A stretch of 64,000 nucleotides of DNA from Candidatus Lustribacter sp. (lineage in GTDB: Bacteria > Vulcanimicrobiota > Vulcanimicrobiia > Vulcanimicrobiales > Vulcanimicrobiaceae), in NCBI GenBank assembly GCA_965277805.1, contig OZ255842.1, forward strand, positions 5,248,001 through 5,312,000. The letters are read 5' to 3'. Both the position numbers and the translations under genes were made by a program. Below are positions 19,580-28,692 of this stretch, piece after piece (the first letter of the stretch is position 1; each line of letters starts with the position of its first letter). The notes beneath the pieces were generated by a model. That model made no database searches, was not told where the DNA came from, and was given only the letters and a program-made list of their open reading frames with translations.

Positions 19580-19665
19580 AGGTGCGTGACACGGAGCCAC
19601 GGAAGGCAGTCACGTCGCATGCCTATGCGCGGCTTGCGAACTCTGTAGACAATTGAGGATGGAAG

Positions 19666-21246
19666 TTGGCTGTTAACGCCGAGTCCTTCGAGCCCAATTG
19701 GGAGCTCACACAGCTCCTCGATATCTTCCCCCTCCCCATCCGCCAAGCGCTGATACGCCTCCCCAACGTCGACCGCGTCATCGAAGTCGTACTCGACTTA
19801 GGTCGCAGGCCGGAAGCGCGCTTTGAAGACGATTTTGTCTTCCTCACCGATAATCCGGTGACGCACGAAGACATGGCGGCGGTCGTCTCGCATCTCTCGC
19901 CGTTCGGCGGCGACAATCGTGCGGGCATCGAACAAACGTTGCATCGCATCAGCGCGATTCGCAATCGTTCGGGAAAGATCGTCGGCCTCACGTGCCGCGT
20001 CGGACGCGCCGTGTACGGCACCATCGACATCATCCTCGATGTGATACGCAGCGGAAAATCGATTTGTTTGCTCGGACGTCCGGGCGTCGGTAAGACGACG
20101 ATGCTGCGCGAATGCGCGCGCGTGTTGAGCGAAGATCGCAAACGCGTCGTGATCGTCGATACGTCGAACGAAATCGCCGGTGACGGCGACGTTCCGCATC
20201 CGGGTATCGGACACGCGCGGCGCATGCCGGTAACGATTCCCTCGCAACAGCACAACGTAATGATCGAAGCGGTCGAGAACCACATGCCGCAAGTGATCGT
20301 CATCGACGAGATCGGTACCGAAGCCGAAGCGATGGCGGCGCGCACGATCGCCGAGCGCGGCGTGCAACTGATCGGCACGGCGCACGGGCAAACGCTCGAG
20401 AACCTATTGATGAACCCGACGCTGGCCGATCTCATGGGCGGCATCAGCGCGGTCACGCTCTCCGATGAAGAAGCGCGCCGCCGCGGCACGCGCAAGACCG
20501 TTCTCGAACGCAAGGCGCCGCCGACGTTCGACGTGTTGATCGAAATCCAAGACCGCGATCGTCTCGCCATCCACCAGAACGTCGGCGAAGTCGTCGACGC
20601 GCTGTTGCGCGGTTACACGCCGCAGCCCGAAGTGCGTCAGCGCACGGCGAGCGGCGGAATCGACATCGTGCAGGAAGCCGATCCCGCGGCCATCGCCGTC
20701 GTCGACCTGCAATCGCAGCCGCGCACGCAGCAGCGCGAAGACGAGATGCTTTTCGGCGTCAACGGCGAGGCCGTTGCCGATACCGACAAGCCGCTGATGA
20801 TCTTTCCCTACGGTGTTTCGCGCAACAAGATCGAGCGCGCGATTGCGAACCTGCGCGTCAATGCATCGATCGCCCGCAAATGGGACGATGCCGACGTGGT
20901 CGTCACGCTGAAGACGCTCGAGCGCAAAGAGTCCGAACGGCTCAAAGCGATCGCCGCCGAGAACGTGCCGATCTACTCGATTAAAACGAACACCACGACG
21001 CAGATTCAGTCGGCTCTGAAAGACGTCTTCAACCTGCCCGCGCTCGATGTCGAAGAGATCGCGATGCGCGAGGCCGAGGAAGCCATCTTCCAAGTGCTGC
21101 TGGACAGCCGTGCCGTCGAGCTATCGCCGCAGACGTCGTACGTACGCCGTCAGCAGCACCAGCTCGCCGAACGCCATCGCTTGCAGTCGCGCAGCACCGG
21201 CCTCGAACCCAACCGGCGCGTGCGCATCTACAAATCCGAGGGCTAA
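19666..21246 (+). CDS. Ycf45/SpoIIIAA-like AAA ATPase with a C-terminal R3H domain
   Basis: GRPGVGKTT, DTSNEIAGDGD, VIVIDEIG, GTAHG; C-terminal RRQQH. Confidence 0.88.
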   Translation: MAVNAESFEPNWELTQLLDIFPLPIRQALIRLPNVDRVIEVVLDLGRRPEARFEDDFVFLTDNPVTHEDMAAVVSHLSPFGGDNRAGIEQTLHRISAIRNRSGKIVGLTCRVGRAVYGTIDIILDVIRSGKSICLLGRPGVGKTTMLRECARVLSEDRKRVVIVDTSNEIAGDGDVPHPGIGHARRMPVTIPSQQHNVMIEAVENHMPQVIVIDEIGTEAEAMAARTIAERGVQLIGTAHGQTLENLLMNPTLADLMGGISAVTLSDEEARRRGTRKTVLERKAPPTFDVLIEIQDRDRLAIHQNVGEVVDALLRGYTPQPEVRQRTASGGIDIVQEADPAAIAVVDLQSQPRTQQREDEMLFGVNGEAVADTDKPLMIFPYGVSRNKIERAIANLRVNASIARKWDDADVVVTLKTLERKESERLKAIAAENVPIYSIKTNTTTQIQSALKDVFNLPALDVEEIAMREAEEAIFQVLLDSRAVELSPQTSYVRRQQHQLAERHRLQSRSTGLEPNRRVRIYKSEG

Positions 21247-21256
21247 AGTTGTAGCT

Positions 21257-21281
21257 GTCCCTCGACAAGCTCGGGATGACA
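21257..21281 (-). repeat. REP-like element, copy 2
   Basis: GTCCCTCGACAAGCTCGGGATGACA, the exact reverse complement of copy 1. Confidence 0.85.
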
Positions 21282-21282
21282 G

Positions 21283-23115
21283 TTACGGCCCGACGGTCAT
21301 CCCTAACGGGCCGACGGCACCCTGCGCGGTGTTCGTGATCGTTCGCACCGGAGCGGCGTTGCTCGCCGACGACCCGCTGACACTTGCTCGGCTAAAGATG
21401 CTGATGAGGTTCGTGTAGTTGTTGACGACGTAGGCCTCGCCTTCGGGGTCGAGCGTGATGTCGGAAACGGCGTGGTTGATGAACGGCGTGCCCGTCAACG
21501 TCGCGCCCGGCGCGCAGTTGATGCACGGCAGCGACGATCCCGGCCAGATCGCGAGCTCCGCCACGGTATCGGGCGCGCCGGGCCCCGAGCTGAGATAGAA
21601 GAACGGCGCATACAGCGCCCCGGTATCGTCAACGAACATGCTGATCGCGTTCAAGGTCGTCGGCCACGCGCCGCTGCTCGCCGTTATCGAATGACTGCCG
21701 CCGACGTAGTGAAAAGCGCCCGTCGTTGCGAGCGGCGCCGTCACGATGTCGATGGTGTTGAGGCTATCGTCTCCGATGTATAAATCGCCGCTCGCATCGA
21801 ACGCCAGCGCGGTTTGGGTCGAGAGGTCGTCGTCTTGGAACGCGGTCGAAAATTGGCTCGATGCGATGCCGTTCGCCGAAATCGGGAATACGTTGATTTG
21901 CGTCGCGCAGGAGACGAACAGATAGTTCCCGGTGGGATCGAATACCATATCGGTGCAGCCGTAGACGGCTCCGAGCGATGTTCCGAGGTGCGTGATCTGG
22001 CGTAGCGGCGGCGGGCTGATCGAGCCGGTTGCGGTCGTCGGTCCGTACACCAAGATCGTTGGATCGAAACTCGATGGCCCGCCTGGAATGCCGTTGTCGA
22101 GCACGTAGAGGTTGCCGAGGGCATCGACGAGCGGCTTCGCGGGGGTTTCGAGCAATGACGCGCCGCCGATATAGGTGCGCAACGGCGCGCCGGCGCCGCT
22201 ATAGCCGTAGGGGTAGACGCTCACGTTTCCGCCGCCGGTGGGCAGGGAACCGGTTCCGATCACGTCGTTGCTATTGGCGACGTACAAGTATGAGCGCCGG
22301 ATCGGGAACGTCACTTGCGACATTTGGCCGCCGGCCGTTGCGGTAATGATCGCCTGATTCGTAATGGACGCGGCGAACGGGGCTCCGTTGTAGCTGACCG
22401 TTTCGGTTTGTCCGGGCGCGGTGATCTGCGGCGGTGATGCGGTAATTGATGGATCGTTCGTGGTGAAATTTATCGGTACGGCGTATGGAGCGCTGCCGGT
22501 AATCGGCGCACCCGACGGGTCCTCGACGGCGATTGTCACCGAGCCGCCCCCGGAACAGCCTTCAACGATGATGTTCTGGTTCCCATAAAGCGGCTGGGCC
22601 GGACAGTTCATGTTGCCGCTGCTCCCAACGAGGCTGATGAGCAACGTGCCGATCGACGCGTTCAGCGCGACCGTGAAGTTGAACGGTGCGCCTGCAGCGA
22701 TCGTCTGCGTCGAAAACGCGGAGGCGAGTTGCGAACCCGTGCCGTTGGGGCCCGAGAAAATCAGAAAGGCAAACGTATCGCTGCCCGCGGGCGCGGCAAA
22801 TGAGAGCGTGCAGTTGCGCAAACCGGAGCTCGTCGTGCAGAGACTCGAGGACGTGCTCACGTCGAAGTCCGTGTCGATGCCGCCGTTGATGCTGAGTTCT
22901 ACCGACGATGCGCCCGGCGAAACGAACTGCGGATAACGCACGGTGCGGGAAAGCGACTGCGTCGTCGTCGCGACCGGAATCGAGATTACGACGCTGGCCG
23001 TGACTTTGGACTGCGACTTCGTTTGCGAGCCGGGAACGGCGCTCGTTCCGCCGCCGCCACCTCCGCAGCCGGCGAGTAAGACCAGGGCCAGCGCGAGCGC
23101 TGCTGACTTGTTCAA
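21283..23115 (-). CDS. Lipoprotein with a C-terminal NHL/beta-propeller-like region
   Basis: Lipobox LLAGC followed by a Gly run; repeated D..GNLYV / FDASGDLYI / VDDTGALY / LDPEGEAYV motifs. Confidence 0.75.
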   Translation of the reverse strand: MNKSAALALALVLLAGCGGGGGGTSAVPGSQTKSQSKVTASVVISIPVATTTQSLSRTVRYPQFVSPGASSVELSINGGIDTDFDVSTSSSLCTTSSGLRNCTLSFAAPAGSDTFAFLIFSGPNGTGSQLASAFSTQTIAAGAPFNFTVALNASIGTLLISLVGSSGNMNCPAQPLYGNQNIIVEGCSGGGSVTIAVEDPSGAPITGSAPYAVPINFTTNDPSITASPPQITAPGQTETVSYNGAPFAASITNQAIITATAGGQMSQVTFPIRRSYLYVANSNDVIGTGSLPTGGGNVSVYPYGYSGAGAPLRTYIGGASLLETPAKPLVDALGNLYVLDNGIPGGPSSFDPTILVYGPTTATGSISPPPLRQITHLGTSLGAVYGCTDMVFDPTGNYLFVSCATQINVFPISANGIASSQFSTAFQDDDLSTQTALAFDASGDLYIGDDSLNTIDIVTAPLATTGAFHYVGGSHSITASSGAWPTTLNAISMFVDDTGALYAPFFYLSSGPGAPDTVAELAIWPGSSLPCINCAPGATLTGTPFINHAVSDITLDPEGEAYVVNNYTNLISIFSRASVSGSSASNAAPVRTITNTAQGAVGPLGMTVGP

Positions 23116-24107
23116 CGTACGAACCTCCCGGGCACGTTGGATGGGCCCGATGCTCCGGGCGCGTTCGGCACCGGCATCGGCGCAGCGACCGGTGCGTGGG
23201 CCGTGGCGGCGGGCGCCGGACCGCGCGTTGAGCCGGTGAGGTTTACGGTGCCCGTCGGCAGGCCGTTCGGCGTCGGAGTGCCGGTCGGGGTAGCCGTCGG
23301 CGTGCTGGTCGGCTGCGGCGTCGGCGAGCTGTGGTTCGTCACGGCGATCCCGACCGCGGCTGCGGCGGCCGCGCCTGCAGCCACCGGCACCACGGCTCCC
23401 GCGGCCGCGCCGGCAGCGGCGCCACCGGCTGCCGCGCCGACCGACGGCGTTACCGCAACGCCGGCGCCCGCGAACGCACCGGTCACCGCGCCGAGTGCGC
23501 CGGTCGTTACGGCGCCGAGCGCCGAAACCGTGAGAAACTGTCCGGCCGCGAGCGCAAACGTTTGCGTGCCGACCTGCACGACGACGCTGTCGGCCGCACA
23601 GACGACACAGCCGACGGTCGTGACGCCGTTGACGAACGCGAGCAGGCCGACGGTTCCGCGCACGGCGACCTGCGAGGTCGGCGTAACGAAATGGTAGTTG
23701 GCCGCGCCGCCTTCAGGACGTTTAATCTCGAAACGTAAACGCGATCCGTCGTTCACCGTGATCGTCGCGCCCGGCGACGCGGTCGTGTTGTCGAAGGCGC
23801 CGACGAGCACCGAGGTGTTTTCGCCGAGTTCGATCAGCGACGAATCGGGCATTGCGATCTGCGCCGCCGACTTGGCGCGCGTTACCGCGTAATCTTGATC
23901 CGGCAAATCGAACTTGCCGAAGACTTGCTTGTAATCGCCGGCGTCCTTTTGGGTCGCGTACCCGATGTCGCCGCGCAAGCGTTGCAGCTGTTTGGTCGCG
24001 TCGGCCGCCTGGGACGCACGCGGCAAGATGCCTGCGATCAGGCCGCAGGCGAGCAGAACTGCGAAACCGATCCGTAGATCGGGTGAACCGGCAAAGCGAC
24101 GCGGCAT
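23112..24107 (-). CDS. Secreted FecR-domain protein with a Gly/Ala and Pro/Thr-rich tail
   Basis: Signal peptide; DSSLIELGENT and TPTSQVAVRGT FecR motifs. Confidence 0.8.
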   Translation of the reverse strand: MPRRFAGSPDLRIGFAVLLACGLIAGILPRASQAADATKQLQRLRGDIGYATQKDAGDYKQVFGKFDLPDQDYAVTRAKSAAQIAMPDSSLIELGENTSVLVGAFDNTTASPGATITVNDGSRLRFEIKRPEGGAANYHFVTPTSQVAVRGTVGLLAFVNGVTTVGCVVCAADSVVVQVGTQTFALAAGQFLTVSALGAVTTGALGAVTGAFAGAGVAVTPSVGAAAGGAAAGAAAGAVVPVAAGAAAAAAVGIAVTNHSSPTPQPTSTPTATPTGTPTPNGLPTGTVNLTGSTRGPAPAATAHAPVAAPMPVPNAPGASGPSNVPGRFVR

Positions 24108-24161
24108 CGGAGACTCCCAGCGGGTGAGAGGCCGTTTTTCGACGCCGGGCGGCTGCTTACT

Positions 24162-24189
24162 CGTCTCTCACGTCAAGTGTGAGATGACG
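24162..24189. terminator. Stem-loop downstream of the PilZ gene (possible terminator or operator)
   Basis: CGTC-TCTCAC-gtcaagt-GTGAGA-t-GACG inverted repeat; no clear U tract. Confidence 0.35.
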
Positions 24190-24198
24190 GCGGGCCGG

Positions 24199-24855
24199 TT
24201 AGGACTCGACCTTAACCGCCCCGGACTCGTCGATCACGATAACCGAGTCGAATTGCTGCGGGTCGCTCCCATGGCCGCCCGAGATCCGGCTATGGACGGC
24301 CAGGCGGTGCTTCCCGCCCTGGTCGCCGAGCGAAGACATGCGCAGCAGCGGCTGCTGGTTGGGCTGCGGCATGTCGAGCCGGCCGAGGCGAATCAGCGCG
24401 TCGAGGACGCGTTGCTGCACCTTCATCGGCAGCATGCGATAGGCGTCGTCGTTCTTGTCCATCGCGGCAAGCTCGGCCGCGGCCTTATTGCCGACTTCGT
24501 GCATGTCTTTGCAGAAGCGAACCAGCGCGTCGTAGTCGTCGGCCGCGATGCCGCTGAAGGTGCAGCCGAGCAGCGTCCACTGCATGTTTTCGCGCAAAAT
24601 CGTCCCGCTGCGGGCGGTGTGCAGGCGCGTGCGGATCTTGCGATTGCCGATTTCCATGATGATGTCGAAGTCGGGCACGCCGGGCGGCGTCTTGGTCGCG
24701 AGGAGGCAGCCGTTGAGCGAAATCTCCATACCGACGCCCGGAATCAGCTCGTTGCCGTTCTTGACCCAGGATATGTTGAAACGGGCCTTCTTGCGAGGCG
24801 AGTGGCGACGTTCTTTTTGCTTTCCACTGAATAACTTGGTCAGCTCGTTGAACAA
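24199..24855 (-). CDS. PilZ-domain protein with a C-terminal extension
   Basis: ERRHSPR (RxxxR) and EISLNG (D/NxSxxG variant). Confidence 0.7.
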   Translation of the reverse strand: MFNELTKLFSGKQKERRHSPRKKARFNISWVKNGNELIPGVGMEISLNGCLLATKTPPGVPDFDIIMEIGNRKIRTRLHTARSGTILRENMQWTLLGCTFSGIAADDYDALVRFCKDMHEVGNKAAAELAAMDKNDDAYRMLPMKVQQRVLDALIRLGRLDMPQPNQQPLLRMSSLGDQGGKHRLAVHSRISGGHGSDPQQFDSVIVIDESGAVKVES

Positions 24856-24882
24856 TACGCTCTCCCGGAGCCGGGCATCCCG

Positions 24883-25518
24883 ATGGCGAACTCTACGGTG
24901 GTGTTTATCACGTTCGAGGGCATTGAAGCCGCTGGAAAGTCGACGCTCATCTCCGCATTGAACGACGACCTACGGGCTAGCGGCGCTAACGTCCTCGTTA
25001 CCCGGGAGCCCGGCGGTACACCGTTGGGTGACCGTATTCGCCAAATCTGGCGCGATCCCGCGAGCGCGATCGACCCGTTGGCTGAGGCGCTGCTGATGAG
25101 CGCCGATCGGGCCCAGCACGTCGCTGCGGTGATCACCCCCGCCTTACGGGCCGGGGCCACCATTCTGTGCGACCGCTATTTCGACGCCACGATCGCCTAC
25201 CAAGGCTTCGGGCGCGGCTTGGACATCGAGACGCTGCTCGAGCTCTCCCTGCTCGCCACGAGCCGCGTGACGCCCGATCTGACGTTGTTGATCGACATCC
25301 CGCCCGAGCTCTCGCTCGCCCGCGTGCAGGCGCGCGGTGAGGCCGACCGGATGGAGCTCGAAGACCTCGCGTTCCACACCCGCGTCCGCGCCGGCTACAT
25401 GGAACTCGTCAAGCGGTTCACCCACCGCTTCACGGTCATTGACGGAACGCTGCCGCCGGCGGGGGTGCTGGCCGCCGCGCATGCCGCGATCGGCGCGCGG
25501 CGGACGGCGATCCGGTGA
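24883..25518 (+). CDS. tmk: Thymidylate kinase (start may be GTG 24901)
   Basis: FITFEGIEAAGKST, TREPGGT, LCDRY, AYQG. Confidence 0.95.
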   Translation: MANSTVVFITFEGIEAAGKSTLISALNDDLRASGANVLVTREPGGTPLGDRIRQIWRDPASAIDPLAEALLMSADRAQHVAAVITPALRAGATILCDRYFDATIAYQGFGRGLDIETLLELSLLATSRVTPDLTLLIDIPPELSLARVQARGEADRMELEDLAFHTRVRAGYMELVKRFTHRFTVIDGTLPPAGVLAAAHAAIGARRTAIR

Positions 25519-26519
25519 TCGACGGTCAGTTTGACGTCGTCGGCGCGAGCGGTCCCAAGCAATTCTTCGAAGGGCTGACGGCCGAGACGCTCTCGCACGG
25601 CTATCTGTTCGCCGGGCCGGCCGGCGTCGGCAAGAAGACGTTCGCGCTGCGTCTCGCCCAGTCGCTCTTGTGCGTGACGCCGAAGACGACGCTGCTGGGC
25701 TACTGCGGGACGTGCAGCGGCTGCACGCGCGTCATGAGCGGCGTGCATCCCGACCTGTACTTTTCCGAAGGTCAGGTGAAGATCGGGGAGCGTGAAAACA
25801 GCGGATTTCACAATGCGGAAGACGCGACTGCGCGCGATTTGGTGCGGCAGCTCTCGATGCATTCCTACGCCGGCGGCTGGCGCGTGTTCGTCCTCGGCGA
25901 CGTTGACTTCACCCGCGAAGCCGCCAACGCGCTGCTGAAATTTTTTGAAGAACCGCCGCCCGGCGTGGTGCTGATCTTGACGACGACCGCGCTCGAACGC
26001 CTGTTGCCCACGGTGCGCTCGCGCTTGCTCGAAGTTACGTTCGCGCCGCTCACCGCGCGCGAGGTTGCCGTCATTCTCGAACGTGAGGGTGTCGAGCCGG
26101 ACGTCGCCGCACACGCGGCGAGCATTGCGGGCGGCAGCATGACGCGCGCGCGCGCACTGCTCGACGGCGAGGGCACGATGCGCGATGCGGCCGTCACCTG
26201 GTTCTTCGATACGCTCGAAGGCGGCGCGCCGGATGCAACCGGCTGGGCGACGCGGCCGACGCTCGAGGAAGGCCTCGAGGTCGTCAAGACGCTGACGCGC
26301 GACTGGCTTGCGCTGAGCGTCGGCGGCGCGGACGTGCCGCTCTTAGCGCGCGATCAAGCCGAACGCATCAGCCGGTTGCCGCGCCGCGATCCGGCCGCGA
26401 TCGCGCGCGCGCTCGGCGCGCTCGGCGATGCCGAACGCGTCGCCCGCACCAACGTGTCGCCCGCACTCGTTGCCGACTTAGCGAAAATGGCGCTCGCGAC
26501 TACCAACGCGGCGGGGTGA
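25515..26519 (+). CDS. holB: DNA polymerase III delta' subunit
   Basis: HGYLFAGPAGVGK, Cys cluster, HPDL, AANALLKFFEEPP, LLPTVRSR; follows tmk. Confidence 0.9.
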   Translation: MIDGQFDVVGASGPKQFFEGLTAETLSHGYLFAGPAGVGKKTFALRLAQSLLCVTPKTTLLGYCGTCSGCTRVMSGVHPDLYFSEGQVKIGERENSGFHNAEDATARDLVRQLSMHSYAGGWRVFVLGDVDFTREAANALLKFFEEPPPGVVLILTTTALERLLPTVRSRLLEVTFAPLTAREVAVILEREGVEPDVAAHAASIAGGSMTRARALLDGEGTMRDAAVTWFFDTLEGGAPDATGWATRPTLEEGLEVVKTLTRDWLALSVGGADVPLLARDQAERISRLPRRDPAAIARALGALGDAERVARTNVSPALVADLAKMALATTNAAG

Positions 26520-27213
26520 ACGAAACGTCCGTATAGACTTTCGCCATCACGATCGCGACGTAACCGGTGAGAATCGCCTGCACGACCGCGTCGAGTAAGA
26601 GGCCGATCATTTGCGAGGTGACGCCGAGCGCGCCGAAGATCCAGCTGTCGATGTAATTGCCGGCATAGAACATCAGCACGAGCGCGACCGCGGTGAGCAG
26701 TGCCGCGCCCAGCGGTGCGCTCTTCACGCGCTCGATCGACACGCTGATCGCGGCGCTGCCCGGAATGCCGCCGATCGCCGCCGCCGCGATCGTGAAGATC
26801 AACGCATAGACGGCGATCGCGAGCAGAATGATGCCGACGACGCCCGGCAAGATCGTGCCCGCGTACTGCGCAATGCTCAGCACGAAGGTGAAGCCGAACG
26901 CCGCGAAGAGGATGTCGCGGCCTTTGTTGCGCGCGTCCTGCCACGCATCGTCGAACGATGCGGCGCCGCGGCGCCAGCCCATGTCGCCGATGATGATCGC
27001 GACGCCGAGCGCGAAGAGCTGAATCAACAGCAGCAAAAACGTCGTGAGGCTCGCGATGATACCGCCGCCGGTGACGTCGGAAAGCTGGCTCACCAGAACG
27101 CCGATGACGCCGGCGAGCAACGGCAACACGATCACCGTCGGGTTGCGCGCGAACACGCCGAAGGCGCGAAGGTAGACGGAGAAGTCGATGCGCTCGCGCG
27201 AGGGCCGGTTCAC
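26500..27213 (-). CDS. Multi-pass membrane protein of unknown function
   Basis: About six hydrophobic segments; lies directly downstream of mtnP. Confidence 0.7.
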   Translation of the reverse strand: MNRPSRERIDFSVYLRAFGVFARNPTVIVLPLLAGVIGVLVSQLSDVTGGGIIASLTTFLLLLIQLFALGVAIIIGDMGWRRGAASFDDAWQDARNKGRDILFAAFGFTFVLSIAQYAGTILPGVVGIILLAIAVYALIFTIAAAAIGGIPGSAAISVSIERVKSAPLGAALLTAVALVLMFYAGNYIDSWIFGALGVTSQMIGLLLDAVVQAILTGYVAIVMAKVYTDVSFTPPRW

Positions 27214-27217
27214 GCGT

Positions 27218-28033
27218 TCAGCCGCGCGCGCCCGCAAGTGCGGAACCGCACGTGCAGGTGCGTTCCTTGGGCAGCGTCTCGATGATCTTGAAGATCCCTT
27301 GCTTCACCCGTTCGTTGTTGGTCGCGAAGACCTGCATCACGTCGTGGTGCGAAACCGGCTTGATGTCGCCCTGACCTTCGAGACCGACGTCGTAGTCGGT
27401 GATCAGCGAGATGTTGACGTAGCACATCTCGAGTTCACGCGCGAGATAGGACTCCGGGTAGTTGGTCATGTTGATCACTTCCCAGCCCAGGCCGGAAAAC
27501 CACTTGGATTCCGCGCGCGTCGAGAAACGCGGGCCCTGAATCACGACGATCGTGCCGGTTTCGTGCGTTTCGATATTGAGATCGCGCAGCGCCTTGACCG
27601 CGACCGGGCGCATCTGCGCGCAGTACGGATCGGCGAAGCTGACGTGCGTCGTGATCGGGCCGTCGTAGAACGTGTCCTTGCGGCCGCTCGTACGATCGAC
27701 GATCTGATCGGCGACGACCATCGAGCCCGGCTTCACGTGTTCTTGCAGCGAGCCGCAGGCGGTCGGACCGATGATGCGCGTGATGCCGAGTTCTTTGAAC
27801 GCCCAGGCGTTGGCGCGATAGTTGATCGCTTGCGGCGGAAAGCGGTGATCCTTGCCGTGCCTCGGCAGAAACGCAACCTTACGCCCAGCAATTTCCCCAA
27901 GCGCAATCTTATCTGACGGGGCGCCGTACGGAGTTTCTACCCATACCTCACGCGGATTGTCGATCAGGCTATAAAAGCCGGACCCGCCAAAAACCCCAAT
28001 CTCCGCCGAATCAGTCGCCAACGTGTCCCCCAA
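27218..28033 (-). CDS. mtnP: S-methyl-5'-thioadenosine phosphorylase
   Basis: GVFGGSG, TPYGAPS, LPRHG, INYRAN, GPRFSTRAES, INMT, ITDYD. Confidence 0.9.
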   Translation of the reverse strand: MGDTLATDSAEIGVFGGSGFYSLIDNPREVWVETPYGAPSDKIALGEIAGRKVAFLPRHGKDHRFPPQAINYRANAWAFKELGITRIIGPTACGSLQEHVKPGSMVVADQIVDRTSGRKDTFYDGPITTHVSFADPYCAQMRPVAVKALRDLNIETHETGTIVVIQGPRFSTRAESKWFSGLGWEVINMTNYPESYLARELEMCYVNISLITDYDVGLEGQGDIKPVSHHDVMQVFATNNERVKQGIFKIIETLPKERTCTCGSALAGARG

Positions 28034-28075
28034 TTAGCAAAGCGCAACGCCCCGCCTTCGAGCCCCCGCACCCCC

Positions 28076-28100
28076 TGTCATCCCGAGCTTCTCGAGGGAC
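28076..28100 (+). repeat. REP-like element, copy 3
   Basis: TGTCATCCCGAGCTTCTCGAGGGAC (1 mismatch to copy 1). Confidence 0.85.
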
Positions 28101-28116
28101 CGCCCCAGCGGCCGCG

Positions 28117-28590
28117 TTATTCGATGAAGTCTGAGGGCTTCAGTTCGTCGATGAACTTCTTGAACTTGTGCGTGTCGGCAACTTCGGCTTTTTTGTCGGG
28201 CACCGATTCTTCGAGAGCGATCTTGTCGGTGACGAAGATCGGGGCTTGCATGCGCAGCGCGAGCGCGATGCCGTCGGATGGGCGCGCGTCGATTTCCTGG
28301 ACTTCGCCGTTCGTGCGCACGATGAGCTTGGCGAAGAACGTCGAGTCCTTGATGTCGTGGATGACGATCTGCTCGAGCTTCGAGTGCTGCGATTCGAGCA
28401 ATGCGCGCATGAGGTCATGCGAAAGCGGCCGCGGTACCGCGGTCCCCTCAAGTGCCAGCGCAATCGCGGTCGCCTCGAACGGGCCGATCAGGATCGGCAG
28501 GTAGCGCTTGCCTTCGAGGTCCTTCAGGATGACGACCGGATCGTGCGTCAGCAAATCGATTCCCAGCTTGTCGACCTTCATCTGCCGCAT
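28117..28590 (-). CDS. Bifunctional nuclease family protein (DUF151)
   Basis: LPILIGPFEA, RPLSHDL, IDARPSDGIALA. Confidence 0.92.
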   Translation of the reverse strand: MRQMKVDKLGIDLLTHDPVVILKDLEGKRYLPILIGPFEATAIALALEGTAVPRPLSHDLMRALLESQHSKLEQIVIHDIKDSTFFAKLIVRTNGEVQEIDARPSDGIALALRMQAPIFVTDKIALEESVPDKKAEVADTHKFKKFIDELKPSDFIE

Positions 28591-28692
28591 TCTGGTAAGT
28601 CCGACGGGCCAAGGACGAATCCTTCGGTAAGGGTGAACCCCACACCGATGCTTTTCTTTTGTGCTACTCGCCAAATGTCGCAGGTCTCATAG

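Noticed and set aside
19584-19615. Stem-loop containing GGAAGGCAG, resembling SRP RNA
   Set aside because: It lacks the CAGG..GGAA..AGCAG arrangement and is too short. More likely a 3' hairpin of the aldo/keto reductase gene.
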